A DNA stretch of 39,170 nucleotides, from the NCBI RefSeq assembly GCF_006345805.1, contig NW_021832785.1, positions 1 through 39,170 of the forward strand, written 5' to 3'. The position numbers and the translations under genes were made by a program. This document shows, piece by piece, positions 24,026 to 36,360 of the stretch. The DNA comes from Octopus sinensis (lineage: Eukaryota). Below the pieces are notes generated by a model. It did not search any database and was not told the DNA's origin. It saw only the letters and a list, made by a program, of their open reading frames with translations. Each line of letters begins with the position of its first letter. Positions within the stretch are counted from its first letter, which is position 1.

Positions 24026-24369
24026 CATTTAGACCCTCTGATAAAGCCTAGAGGCACACTCAACTCGATCTACCCATCTCTACAGAAAACTGAAGAGATG
24101 GAGCTAGAATGGAGGATATCGTGGCCTCCTGGCAGAAACGGTGGTAAGGAACTGATCCTTTAATCTTTTACTCTTTTATGCATTACTATTATTACTATTA
24201 CTATTACTAGTGTATATTTGTATAGAACACAGTCTTTGCATGGGTATCTATTTTTATAATACTCCCTCTCTTTGGATTAAATAGACATAATAGAATGTCT
24301 ACCGGCTGATGTATGTCATTTTTGCATCTCCTCCATTTTCTTATATATACTTATATATATATATATATA

Positions 24370-24433
<64 letters not shown>

Positions 24434-25558
24434 ACAATACATACACACACACACAAACACAGATATATATGTATATATGTATATATATAATATATATATA
24501 TATATATATGTGTGTGTGGTGTGTTGGTGTTGTTTGTATATGTAAGTGTGTATGTATGTAAACACACATATACACTCACACACATATCCATATATAGGAT
24601 CAACATATATTAATGCATGCGCTGCGCATATTCACATAAACCCATAAATGAAAATAAGCTTACATAAGAACATTTGTATGTTTGCTTTCTTAAAATTCAA
24701 ATTCTCAACAGAAAACACACAATCTTAAAGAAACTGATATGTCTGTCTTCTGTAAGTATACATATTTATATAGACATGAATACTGCAGCATCTTGCATAT
24801 GTTAAATAGAGATTTGGAAAAACATTAAATGACGTAGATAATATAAGCAATTAGTGTAACCGTATTAAGCCCACTCCCTCCAAAATCTCTGGCCTTGAAC
24901 TGCGCGACGTAGCAGTGTCCCGCTCAAGGGGAATTTTGCAACCACAGATACTTATGTCCTATGTAAACGGGGTCACCGGCCTTATGATTCCTAGGGCTTG
25001 AGTAAGAGGGTGCACAGTTTCTTTAAGCAGATTTTCGTCCCTGTAAATTCCCCCTGCTGAATCTGACGCTATTCATTCTGACCTATCCACTATATAAATG
25101 GTATTGGATTTTTGACATACGAGGGCGTTCATCACATTTTGGTTTTATTCGTTTCGTCTTTGAAATCGCATTTGTCATTGCTATCAGTTTTTTTTTGTTT
25201 TTCTTCCACGACAAACTACGTGAAATTCTTTCACAGGTTCAAATATCACTCATGTATATTTGAATAGGTCTTAATTTTCAGTCACTGCTTTGCGCATCGA
25301 CACATGAATTTGTTCCCACTTCACAGATGAACTGAACTTATGCATATATATTTATGTATGTATGTATGTATGTATGTATGTATGTATGTATGTACGTATG
25401 TATGGAAATATATATATATGTATATACATACATATGTATATATGTACACATGCATATACATATATATATGTGTATCAAGAACATTTTTTTATTATTCTAC
25501 TATATATATATATATATATAATATATATATATTATATATAATATATATATATAACAAT

Positions 25559-25629
<71 letters not shown>

Positions 25630-25832
25630 ATATCTATTATATATATATATATATATATAACATACAAAATTAAGAGAAATGACTACCACTATAGTGGACA
25701 CCTAATATACTAACCATAGACGTCAAATCGCCATTACCACGAAGAATGTGTTCTCAAGAAAAATCAGAGCAAAACGCCAAAATGTAAAAATGAGCAAGAC
25801 AAATGAAAATATACGAAATAAAAAGCGATTAC

Positions 25833-25905
25833 CTACGTACCATTGTTTCACTTGTTAATATCTACGTATACAAATACGCAAATATCTGCAAGATCGTCAG
25901 CGTAG
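25833..25905 (-). ncRNA. Type I hammerhead ribozyme with intact core and long stem II, in a Penelope-like end (~25660-25910)
   Basis: CUACG-CUGACGA-U-CUUG...CAAG-U-GAAAC-AAUG-GUA/CGUAG; predicted cleavage between 25838 and 25837. Confidence 0.8.
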
Positions 25906-26127
25906 TCTGTTGCTTACAAAACGCAATTTCCAGAACTAGATACAGAACGCTCAACCGAAATCGAACATGTATAAAGTTCTACAATTGTATTTGGGTGTAT
26001 TTTTCAAATGTCTTCTCTTTGGCGCGCTGAGGCTGGAAAGTACTCTGCTGTTATTAAATTTCAGCAGCCAATTTACCGGTTCGAGATGATGTTTTATTTA
26101 AAATTAAATAATAAGGTTTCTATCCAG

Positions 26128-26190
26128 CGGTGGCGCCCCAGCATGGCCGCGGCCTTCGGGCTGAAACATTTTAAAGGATTTTAAGGATTT
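26128..26190 (+). mobile_element. Short 5'-truncated retroposon tail related to the group B SINE 3' end
   Basis: GGTGGCGCCCCAGCATGGCCGC...CTGAAACA followed by TTTTAA(A)GGA repeats. Confidence 0.6.
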
Positions 26191-26235
26191 AATACGGGTA
26201 GAAATTGATATAAATCAATTAAAACCAGTGGCTGG

Positions 26236-26259
26236 TTATATATATATATATATATATAG

Positions 26260-26296
<37 letters not shown>

Positions 26297-27010
26297 GTAT
26301 GTATATATGTATATATGTATGTATATATGTATATATATATATGCATATATATATGCATATACAGATACACACACACACACATATATATACATATACACAT
26401 CCATGTACATATATATATACATATATGCATATATACATACATATATACATACACAGACAAACACACATACATACACATATAGATGTTTGTGTGTGCGCAT
26501 GCGTATATATGTGTGTCTGTGTGTGTGTGTGTGCATACGTGTCCGTGTATCTCTAGTTATATGCATGTTCTCGTGTGCCTGCACGTATGTGTATTTGTGG
26601 ATTTTTATTAAGCATGAGACTAGTGTGTGTGTGTCTCTGTGTGTATATATGTGTAGCTCTGTTGAGTTACACGTATACTCGTTGTTATGTGTAGAAGCGT
26701 GCATTCTTTATGTATATGTGTTTCGTGTATACATACGTATGCCGGTGTATGTGTGTGAACGCATGGCTGTGTGTATGTGCATGCCTATCATTCATATTTG
26801 TGCATGTGTGTGTATGTGCGTGCATGCATATGCATGCGTGCTTGCGTGCTTGTGTGTATCTACGCATATGTATGCATGGTTGTCTATGTGCGTACGCGTA
26901 TATGCATTTACATGCGAACTTGTGTATGTATATGAATACGTGCGTGTATGCGTGTGCATGCGTGTGTGTGTTCTGTCTGCAACTGTATATTGTGTGTGCA
27001 TGTGAGTGTG
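26236..27010. repeat. TA/CA/TG microsatellite mosaic
   Basis: Direct inspection of the sequence. Confidence 0.9.
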
Positions 27011-27046
27011 TACCTGAAAATCAATACACAAACATGCGGAACTTAC

Positions 27047-27073
27047 CATTGTGAACAATCTTTCGGGACAGAC
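27047..27073 (-). other. Candidate 27-nt exon
   Basis: TAG acceptor and ATG/GTAAGT donor; open in all three frames. Confidence 0.2.
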
Positions 27074-27595
27074 CTATTTCCTTTCAGAAAAAAACAGTCC
27101 CTCTCAAACTTAAATCCCTTAAGTTAAATCAGCCTTAGAACATTTTCGCTTTTAATTTCCTCGCGAGACAAAATAAATAAACAAGTAAATAGATAAAGAT
27201 AGAAAATAAAAATGGCTAAAACACACAAACAACGAAAAGTATGTTTTAAGACAATCTTGATTTCGATTGCAGTGTACTGGAAATTATGAGAGAAAATGGT
27301 AAAAGGAAGACCGGAGAAGTGCATTACTTGGGGGTAGATATGTAAAGTGACGTCACGATTCTCAGCTGGGATTGAACCTGCCATCCTTAGTCTACATACA
27401 CTCTGTTAACACGAGCATCCCGTTACTCTCTTCTTGTCGCGTTTACGTTTATTTTTTTCTCCCAATCATTGCTTCCAAAACGATTGTGATCACCACCACT
27501 GAAAGAAACCAAATGCAACTTTATGTACACATATGTACACACTCGTGTATATGTACTTATATATATATATATATATATATATGCGTGTGTCTGTG

Positions 27596-28089
27596 TTAAA
27601 ATACATAAGAGAATTTTAATTAATGAATTCATATAGACGATCGTTTCGTACAGTGATATAAAAATCAAGCAAATTCATGATTGAATGGAATTAATTAAAT
27701 TAATTAGATTAAATTATATTAATTATATATCACTTCAGTGCAAGAGGTATAAACAATTTTTTACAAAGAACTTGAGAAAGGAAAACACAGAGTAGGAGAA
27801 AAAATATTTGTGAGAAAGAACGATATTTGGGAGTCCAGTACTCACAAATATCTTCCTTTCTCATAAGGATGAATATGAATCTCTTAGATTCTATTCTGCT
27901 TTTTTCTTTCTTAAGTCCCTTGTAAAGATTTTGTTTATACTTCTTGCACTGAAGAGTACAGTAATATATAATTAATGTAATTTAATCTAATTAATTTAAT
28001 TAATTTTATTCAACCATGAATTTGCGTGATTTTTAATCGCTGTACGAAACGATCGTTTGTATGAATTAAAATTCTCTTATTTATTTTAA
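27596..28089. mobile_element. ~494 bp palindromic element bounded by TTAA
   Basis: Arms pair from the terminal TTAA inward to a 5-nt loop (27835-27839) with a few indels; symmetry stops exactly at TTAA. Confidence 0.8.
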
Positions 28090-28638
28090 TGTCTTCTCTT
28101 CCCCATTTTTATCAAAATTGTTGAGTTTTATGGGATTTCTTTCCATAAATTCACAATACACCATATACAAGTATTATTTTACGCCAGTAAGGTACCAGCA
28201 AGATATGAAGAATCTATATTAGAAATCATTTGTTTTTTTGGAAACCTTCAAAATAAAAGGACGAATCTAATTCAACCTTTTTATACACACGCGCGCGCGC
28301 AAACACACACATATAATATTAAAATTAATAATAATATGTACGAACATTTATGTCAACAGAACATTTTCTAAGTAATCCAAATTGGTGAAATTCTAACTGA
28401 GCATCTGAAAAAAGAATATTTTACCTGTTAAAAAACACTAACAAAATGAAACACCAAAATAAATTTAATTTTAGACTTTCATTCCTTCAACCTTGATAAT
28501 GTTGCGCGTGAAAAATATTGTACATATGCTAATACACACACACCACACCACACAACACACAAACAAATATATATATATATATATATATCATATTATATAT
28601 ATATTATATATATTATATTGTATATATATATATATTGT

Positions 28639-28730
<92 letters not shown>

Positions 28731-28743
28731 ATATATATATCTG

Positions 28744-29219
28744 CGGCTCTGTGGTTAGGGCAGCTGACTTGCCGGTCGTAGAATGCGGTTTCGATTCTCA
28801 GACCGGGCATTGTAAGTGTTTGTTGAGCAAAAACCCCTAAAGCTCCACAAGGATCCGGCAGGGGGTGTGGTGAACCCTACTATAATCTTTCAATCATCCT
28901 GCTTCTGTTGTACCTCTATTTCAAAGGGACAGTCTTGTCACATTCTGTGTCACGCTGAATCTCCCGGAGAACTACGTTAAGAGTACTCGTGTCTGTGCAG
29001 TTCTCAGGCACCTGCACGTTAATAAATGAGCTTCGACTTCACAGCTGCCAAGCTGTGTCGGCCTTTGCCTTTCCCTTGGATGACACTGGTAGCATAGAGA
29101 GGGGAGGCTGGTATGCATGGACGACTGCTGGTCTTCCATAAACAACCTTGCCCGGACTTGTGCCTCAGAGGTTAACTTTCAAGGTGCAATCCCATGGTCA
29201 TTCATGACCTAAGGGGGCC
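28744..29219 (+). mobile_element. Group C-headed SINE with a different long body (tail 2)
   Basis: The head matches the 14869 copy up to CCGGCAGGGGG, then the sequence is unrelated (CACGCTGAATCTCCC...CCATAAACAACCTTGCCC...). Confidence 0.8.
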
Positions 29220-29447
29220 ACACACACTCGATATGTCTGTATGAATATGTTAATGCAATTGTAAGAACAGTTGGATTTTTAAGGTGTGATCTAAAATAAA
29301 GACATGATTTTATTCGTATATATTACTGATTGTTATATACATAATTATATATATAAAGTTAATCCAAACAAGAAAGCACAAAAAAACACAACAACGCGAG
29401 GACGTGGAACAAATATAGTATTATTGGACGCTCAGGAAAGAAGGAGG

Positions 29448-29482
29448 GTTTCACGTTTCGAGCGGAGCTCTTCGTCGGAAAC
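29448..29482 (-). ncRNA. Minimal hammerhead-like motif, U4C variant, cleavage site GUG, in a Penelope-like end (~29345-29530)
   Basis: GUUU-CCGACGA-A-GAGC(UCC)GCUC-GAAAC-GUG/AAAC. Confidence 0.6.
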
Positions 29483-29632
29483 ATGGGAGAAGGAAAGATC
29501 CAGAGAAGGGAAGACAGAGGAAAAATACACACACGGTCACACACACACACACACACACACATATTTATTAGAGAAAAACCACTATTATGCAATTCAAACA
29601 ATGATAGACATAAACCAAATTATACTCCCTAA

Positions 29633-29704
<72 letters not shown>

Positions 29705-29713
29705 ATATATATA

Positions 29714-30070
29714 GGCGCAGGAGTGGCTGTGTGGTAAGTAGCTTGCTAACCAACCACACGGTTGCGGGTTCAGTCCCACTGCGTGGCATCTTGGGCAAGT
29801 GTCTTTGCTATAGCCCCGGGCCGACCAATGCCTTGTGAGTGGATTTGGTAGACGGAAACTGAAAGAAGCCTGTCGTATATATGTATATGTGGTTGTGTGT
29901 CTGTGTTTGTCCCCCCTAGCATTGCTTGACAACCGATGCTGGTGTGTTTGTCCCCGTCACTTAGCGGTTCGGCAAAAAGAGACCGATAGAATAAGTACTA
30001 AAAGGTGGTGCTCCAGCATGGCCGCAGTCAAATGACTGAAACAAGTAAAAGAGTAAAAGAGTAAAGAGAG
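29714..30070 (+). mobile_element. Group B SINE with ~40 bp internal deletion, inserted in (TA)n
   Basis: Aligns end to end with the 16857-17270 copy. Confidence 0.93.
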
Positions 30071-30353
30071 TATATATATATATATATATATGTACAAACA
30101 CAGATAAGCATATATGTGTATGTGTGTATGAATTTATATCTGCACGTGTGTGAAAAGAAGATCCACATACAAAAATATATATAGTATATATATTTCATGA
30201 ACATTATTATTATGCCTGTATATCATACAAACATACCTGTGTATATATTCATACACACACGCACACACATACACACACCTACCCCACCACCCCGCACGCA
30301 CATGTACTAATATTAGCTATATTTCAGAGTGCTTATATTATTGTAAAACTTAC

Positions 30354-30571
30354 ACCGTTGCATTATTTGTCAATGCTTGAGCGTTTGTTGATCTTAAGAT
30401 AAACAAAGATTATCCAGGGGCATCGAACTGCTCACGTGATTACAGATTAAGTGCCCTGTGCACTTTTATCGCGTTCCACCATCTTTTCTACTTCTTTCTC
30501 CTTATTGCCTTATGCAAATCCCCACACGAATAGTTGTCTGTCCTTTGCGATGCCCCGCTTCATATATGCCC
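30354..30571 (-). other. Candidate exon with stops in all frames
   Basis: Acceptor TTTCTTTTATTTGCTACAG and a GTAAGT donor. Confidence 0.25.
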
Positions 30572-30590
30572 CTGTAGCAAATAAAAGAAA

Positions 30591-30833
30591 TCATCATCAT
30601 CAACATCGTCATCGTCATCATCATCGTCATAATCATCGTCATCATCATCATCGTCATCATCATTATCATCATCATTATCATCACCATCATCATCATCACC
30701 ATCATCATCGTCATACTCCTCCTCCTCCTCATCATCGTCATCGTCATCATCGTCATCATCCTCGTCATCATCATCATAATCATCATCATCATATGCATCA
30801 TCATCACCATCATCATCGCCCTCCTCCTCCTCC

Positions 30834-30868
<35 letters not shown>

Positions 30869-30935
30869 GTCATCATCATCGTCATCGTCATCATTATCGT
30901 CATCATCGTCGTCATCATCATCATCATCATGATGA

Positions 30936-30985
<50 letters not shown>

Positions 30986-31210
30986 GTTATTATCATTATT
31001 ATTATTATTATCGTGATAATTTTATTATTCTTATTGTTAGGCCTTATGCCTACAGTAGAAAGCTTTATTATTGTTGTTGTTTTGCTGCTGCTGTTGCTGT
31101 TGTTGTTCTTTTGCTGTTGTTGCAGTTGCAGTTGCTCTTGTTGTTGTTGTTGTTGTCGTTATTGTTATTGTTATTCATGCTGATGCTGCTGCTGTTGCTG
31201 TTGCAACTGC
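30591..31210. repeat. (CAT)/(TAT)/(TGT) triplet mosaic
   Basis: Direct inspection; the His-rich ORF is an artefact. Confidence 0.93.
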
Positions 31211-31749
31211 TGCCGTTATTGTTTTTAAGAAAACATGGCGCAGTTTATAAATATTCATGATCAGATCAAACCGCTTTTACAGGAACATAGATTTATTCAT
31301 AGTATCCCAAGGATATACAGTCTATAATCCCATCTTGCCAAAAAAAAAAAAAGCAAGAAAGAAAGAAAGAAAAATGGCCCTTTGGAAGAATAATCATAAA
31401 TGTCTCAAGACGTCTCCGTATCAAAGTCAATAATTTCCAACACAGGGAAGAACCCTTCAAGGAACAAAATCCTTCGGAATTCTAGTAAAAATCTCATTTT
31501 TAGAATGAAGGAAAGCCTCGAGAGATTGACAAGAACGCCCCTGTTGGGTACATGGTGAAATCAATATTGAATTCTAAAGGCTATTCGCTCTCATCAACTG
31601 CGACAGTTCTTTTAATAACCTTAATTGTAATTTAATCCGACGAAATGTTTCAACAGATTTGTTATACATGCGTATTGGTCTCTAATCTAGCCCCGGGACC
31701 AGAAATTGTGTTGGAGAGTAGGGTTAGCTGATTTCGCCGTTCCCTGTAC

Positions 31750-31812
31750 TTGTCTGCTACTTTTCTTGATCGGCGCCGGAAACATGAAACATGACATCGG
31801 TGGCATTTGAAC
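31750..31812 (-). CDS. Candidate exon (3' boundary uncertain)
   Basis: Acceptor TTATTTGTATTTGTGTACCAG; GC-richer unique DNA; frame FKCHRCHVSCFRRRSRKVADK. Confidence 0.3.
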
Positions 31813-31845
31813 CTGGTACACAAATACAAATAACATATATATTAT

Positions 31846-31930
<85 letters not shown>

Positions 31931-31934
<4 letters not shown>

Positions 31935-32065
31935 GACGGGCTTCTTTCAGTTTTCGTTAGCCAAATCCACTGACAAGGCTTTGGTCGGTCTGAGGTTATA
32001 GTAGGACTGAACCTGGAATCATGTGGTTGGTAACCAAGCTACTTACCACACAGCCACTTCTGCTT
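31931..32065 (-). mobile_element. Group B SINE, 5' half with ~29 bp deletion
   Basis: Reverse match to the head of the 29714 copy, lacking the CTTGGGCAAGT segment. Confidence 0.88.
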
Positions 32066-32230
32066 CTGATTAAGAATATTCAATTCGCTGAGATTTTCCA
32101 GGCGATCCGTTACCAAAAAATCCCTGTAAAGCAAGCTGAAAACATTATTTCTGCTTGCCTAAATTTACTACTCCCACACCAACTGCCACGTAAAATATGC
32201 CGGTTTTTTCTATCATACCTCTAAGTTAGT

Positions 32231-32776
32231 GTGATGGCAGAATCGTTAGCATGCCGGGCAAAATTCTTAGCAGCATTCTGTCCGTCTTTACGTTCAGAGC
32301 TCAAATTCCGCCGAGGTCGAGTTTGCCTTTTATCTCTTCAGAGTCGATAAAATAATTACAAGTTGAGCAGTGGGGTCAATGTAACGTATTTGATGGCCTA
32401 TGAGACGCGTCGTTTTTATTCCAAAATGGCTTTAAAAATCCCCGTGTCCAATGCACTCAATGTAGGCTCAAAACGGTATGTACGTTTACAAAACCTGTGC
32501 TGCCATCTATTGGCGAGCAATCGCCTACGGTATGTTCATATCAAATGTGGATACAATAAATTGCTTATAATTACCGGTAATAACATAAAGTTATACAGGT
32601 AACTGGAGGAATTAAAACCTTATTTTACTGTTAATTTATATTACAAAAGTATAGCCTAGGCTAGGATGCGTTCTATACACTCGTGCGTCTTATTAGGCAA
32701 TCAAATTCAGTAATCGACTTGCATTTTCCCCCGAAATTGCTGGCCTTGCATCAAAAATTGAAACCAATATAATAAT
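32231..32776 (+). mobile_element. Group A SINE split by a MITE
   Basis: The SINE stops at GGGGTCAATG/TA and resumes TA/ATCGACTT at 32713. Confidence 0.88.
32384..32710. mobile_element. TA-inserting MITE (pogo/Tigger-like TIRs)
   Basis: Left ACGTATTTGATGGCCTATGAGACGC and right GCGTCTTATTAGGCAATCAAATTCAG; TA at 32382-32383 and 32711-32712. Confidence 0.8.
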
Positions 32777-32845
32777 ACATGTCATAATGCTCGGGTTTTA
32801 AATTACGACGTTCGCAGATTTACTCTCATCATAAATTCATGCAAG

Positions 32846-33294
32846 TACAAGATGTTTCAAAAGTCTATGCCCCATTTTAAGAATTCTTATATCATGAATT
32901 ACAAACGGTAGCATGATTGAACTGGTATCATTTAAAAGCTAAAAGTGTCAAGTTTTCTGTTAATTTAATTTTAATTTAATTTATTTAATAATTTTTTTGT
33001 CTATTTTCATCTGCAGTAATGTCATTCACAGAATAAGAAAAGTCATTTTGCGTCCTAGAATACGCTAAAACTGAATCATGGACACGTGTTCAACGCAAAT
33101 TTCATACCACGTTTATCAAGCAGGCACCAGACAGACGTTCCATCTTGAATTGGTATGCAAAATTTAAGGAGGAGGGGTGTTTGTACCCGGCAAAAAGAAC
33201 AAGATCTTGTAAGTGTCGAATGACAAATAACGAAGTCAACGTTAAAAGAGAAAGAGAACTGTTATTCAAGAAAGAAGGCAAATATAAAAGGTAA
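32846..33294 (+). pseudogene. Tc1/mariner 5' fragment: left TIR and N-terminal HTH (DUF4817-like)
   Basis: TACAAGATGTTTCAAAAG terminus; from 33019 reads MSFTE*EKSFCVLEYAKTESWTRVQRKFHTTFIKQAPDRRSILNWYAKFKEEGCL. Confidence 0.78.
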
Positions 33295-33305
33295 TTGTAG
33301 ACAAG

Positions 33306-33551
33306 AATCGTTAACACGCCGGGCGAAAAAAGGCGGCGAGCTGGCAGAATCGTTAGCACGCCGGGCGAAATGCGTAGCCGTATTTCGTCTGCCGTTACGT
33401 TCTAAGTTCAAATTCCGCTGAGGTCGACTTTGCCTTTTATCTTTTCGGGGTCGATGAATTAAGTACCAGTTATGCACTGGGGTCGATGTAATCGACTTAA
33501 TCCGTTTGTCTGTCCTCTCTGTGTTTAGCCCCTTGTGGGTAGTAAAGAAAT
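33306..33551 (+). mobile_element. Young group A SINE, tail type 2, with 17 bp TSD and a 5' duplication
   Basis: AGGTAATTGTAGACAAG at 33289-33305 and 33552-33568. Confidence 0.95.
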
Positions 33552-33567
33552 AGGTAATTGTAGACAA

Positions 33568-33838
33568 GGATACTTTGCTTATAATTACAGGTAATGACAT
33601 AAAGTTATACAGGTAAGTGGAGAAATTAAAACATTATTTTAGTGGTAATTTATTTTACAAAAGTGTAGGCTAGGGTGCGTCCTATACACTCGTGCGTCTT
33701 ATAGGCCATCAAATCCAGTAACTGACTTGCATTTTCCCCCGAAATTTCTGGCCTTGCACTAAAAATTGAAACCAGTATAATAATACATATCGCAATGCTC
33801 GGCTTTTAAATTCCGACGTTCGCAGATTTACTCTCATC
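33568..33838 (+). repeat. Diverged local duplicate of ~32549-32830
   Basis: Contains the MITE right end, the SINE tail and unique flank in the same order. Confidence 0.9.
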
Positions 33839-34339
33839 TTTCGAGGGTATTTTTTTAAATATTTTTTCAAGGGTGGGAAGGATATAGGGTGATGTGTCAA
33901 TGCAACGACCACAAACCACCGCAAATGTCTGACCTTATGACATTAATTAGAACTCGAAGTTGCCGCTGTAGTTATTTATGGTTGGCGTGCAGGGGAGATT
34001 ACGTTGTTGTTTTATTGGTTTCATTGTTGGTATTGTTCATGTTGTTATTGTTGCAATTGTTATTGTCTATATATATAATTTCAAGAAAGCTAAATCTGCA
34101 GCAAATTCTTGGGGCTGCAAAAGGAAATTATACGACATTAAAATGTTGTAAAATGAAGTGGAGAAAGGAAAAGATAAAGAAAAAAAATAAAGGAAAGAAA
34201 AGATAGGCGGGAAATGAGAACGAAGAAAATTGGTATCAAGCTAAGAAAGGATGGGGGGCAGGGGTAAACAATCAAGCGAAAAAACCTGAAATATATACTA
34301 GTGTGTGTGTGCATGTGTATAGATATATACATACATACA

Positions 34340-34379
<40 letters not shown>

Positions 34380-34448
34380 ACATACATAACACACATACTA
34401 GTATATATTTCATTTTCTTTCGTTGGTTTGCTTACCCTCCCCTCAATC

Positions 34449-34490
<42 letters not shown>

Positions 34491-34569
34491 TTTCGCTCCC
34501 ATTCTTCTATTAATTACTCTCTCGCTCGCTTTCTCTCTCCCCGAACATACACACAGCAAACATATAATG

Positions 34570-34600
<31 letters not shown>

Positions 34601-35274
34601 CTGGATTGGTAAATTTTTTACGTTTCCCTTCTTCCCTAATTGAAAAAAGACCCAGCCATATATACATGTGGACGCGCGTGTATATATATATATATATCTT
34701 TATATATATACATACATACGCGCGCACGAACACACACACTCATATACATACATACATACATACATAATACATACATACATACATACATACATATCTATGT
34801 ACAGACGTATTTCTTCAATTATAAAGGGAAGAAGCAAAACGTAAAAGTTATCATCTTAGAATTATTCTAGAGACAATTCATAAAAAAATTTCTCATTTTC
34901 TAAGAATAGAAAAGATAGAACACGATGGAATCATTTCTTTTAAGTGAAGTTTGGTACACATCTCTCTTGAACATCGAGATGTCGATGCAAGAGCACTAGC
35001 ACCGCCATCCACGCTCACACGTAGACCTATGTACATTCATGTGTATATACGCATACACATCCTCTATGCATGTATGCATGTATGTATGTATGCATGCATG
35101 TATGTATATATAAATACGTACACAGAGTGTTTAAGCATATATATCCGTGTGTAAACACACACACACATATACACATTTACATGAACATTGTTGATAGTGA
35201 CTTCGAAGTTTCCTCTAGTGAAGCAATCCTCAGATTAATGTAAACTTATTTTTATTACAACACATACACACACA

Positions 35275-35593
35275 GGTAGATAGACTGACAGCCAGATAGA
35301 AAGAGAGATAAAAAGATAGATAGATCGATAGAAAGGTAGATAGATAGATACACAGACAGATATGTAGATAAATAGATAGTTAAACAGACAGACTGACAGA
35401 CAGACAGACAGACAGATAGATATATAGATAGATAGATAGATTGATAAACAGATAGATAGATAAATAGATAGGTAGACAGATCGATAAATAGCTAGCTAGA
35501 CAGATAGATAGATAAACAGATAGATAGTTAAATAGATAGATAGATAGATATATAGAAAGATAGATATATATACACACACACATACACACACAC

Positions 35594-35667
<74 letters not shown>

Positions 35668-35670
35668 GAG
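35275..35670. repeat. (GATA)/(GACA)/(CA)/(TA) microsatellites
   Basis: Direct inspection of the sequence. Confidence 0.92.
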
Positions 35671-36360
35671 AAATGTAATTTAGAAGAGTATTCTTCTTTT
35701 CTTTTTGAGGTACTCAATTACATTTCTGGTTTATTATTTATTTTTATAATTATTAATCTATAGGTTTATTTTTTCTTTTTATATTATACTAAATTAAGTA
35801 TCCTGCTTATATTCAATTTTATTAACTGTAATCTTTCTCTTCGACTCTTTTAAAAGTTTTTAATTAATTTTTATTTTTAGAGGTGTTCACTTAATTCAAA
35901 TCCATTATTTGTTTTTTAATTACTTCATTCTTATTCTAAGTCTAGTAGTTTGTATAATGCGCTTACTTAAACTTCTTTAGACGCATGAACGCACCTGAAC
36001 TGCGCTCTTGCCTATGGTTTATCAGATTAAATTTAGAGGTAAAATTTTGGTATATTTCCTCAATACGCAATTCACAGCGTTTGCGTCCTCTAAAATACGG
36101 TTTAGCTCTACAAATTATTTCCTGCTAATTGTATATGTTTTATAATTATTTTTTAGAGAACAAATTAATTTACTTAAATTCGTATTAGTCTTATTTTTAT
36201 CTTTCTTATTTCTATCTTGCTTATTTTCATTTCTATCTTATTTTAATTTTTAAATTTCATCTTATTCAGTCAGTCCCATAGTTTTCTTCAGACGATCCTC
36301 GAACGGCACCAAAAAAAATAAAAAAACGGACCCTGAAGAAGCTGCACCAACCATTAATAC

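Noticed and set aside
25118-25131. TACGAGGGCGTTCA mariner-like TIR start
   Set aside because: No partner TIR or transposase sequence was found nearby.
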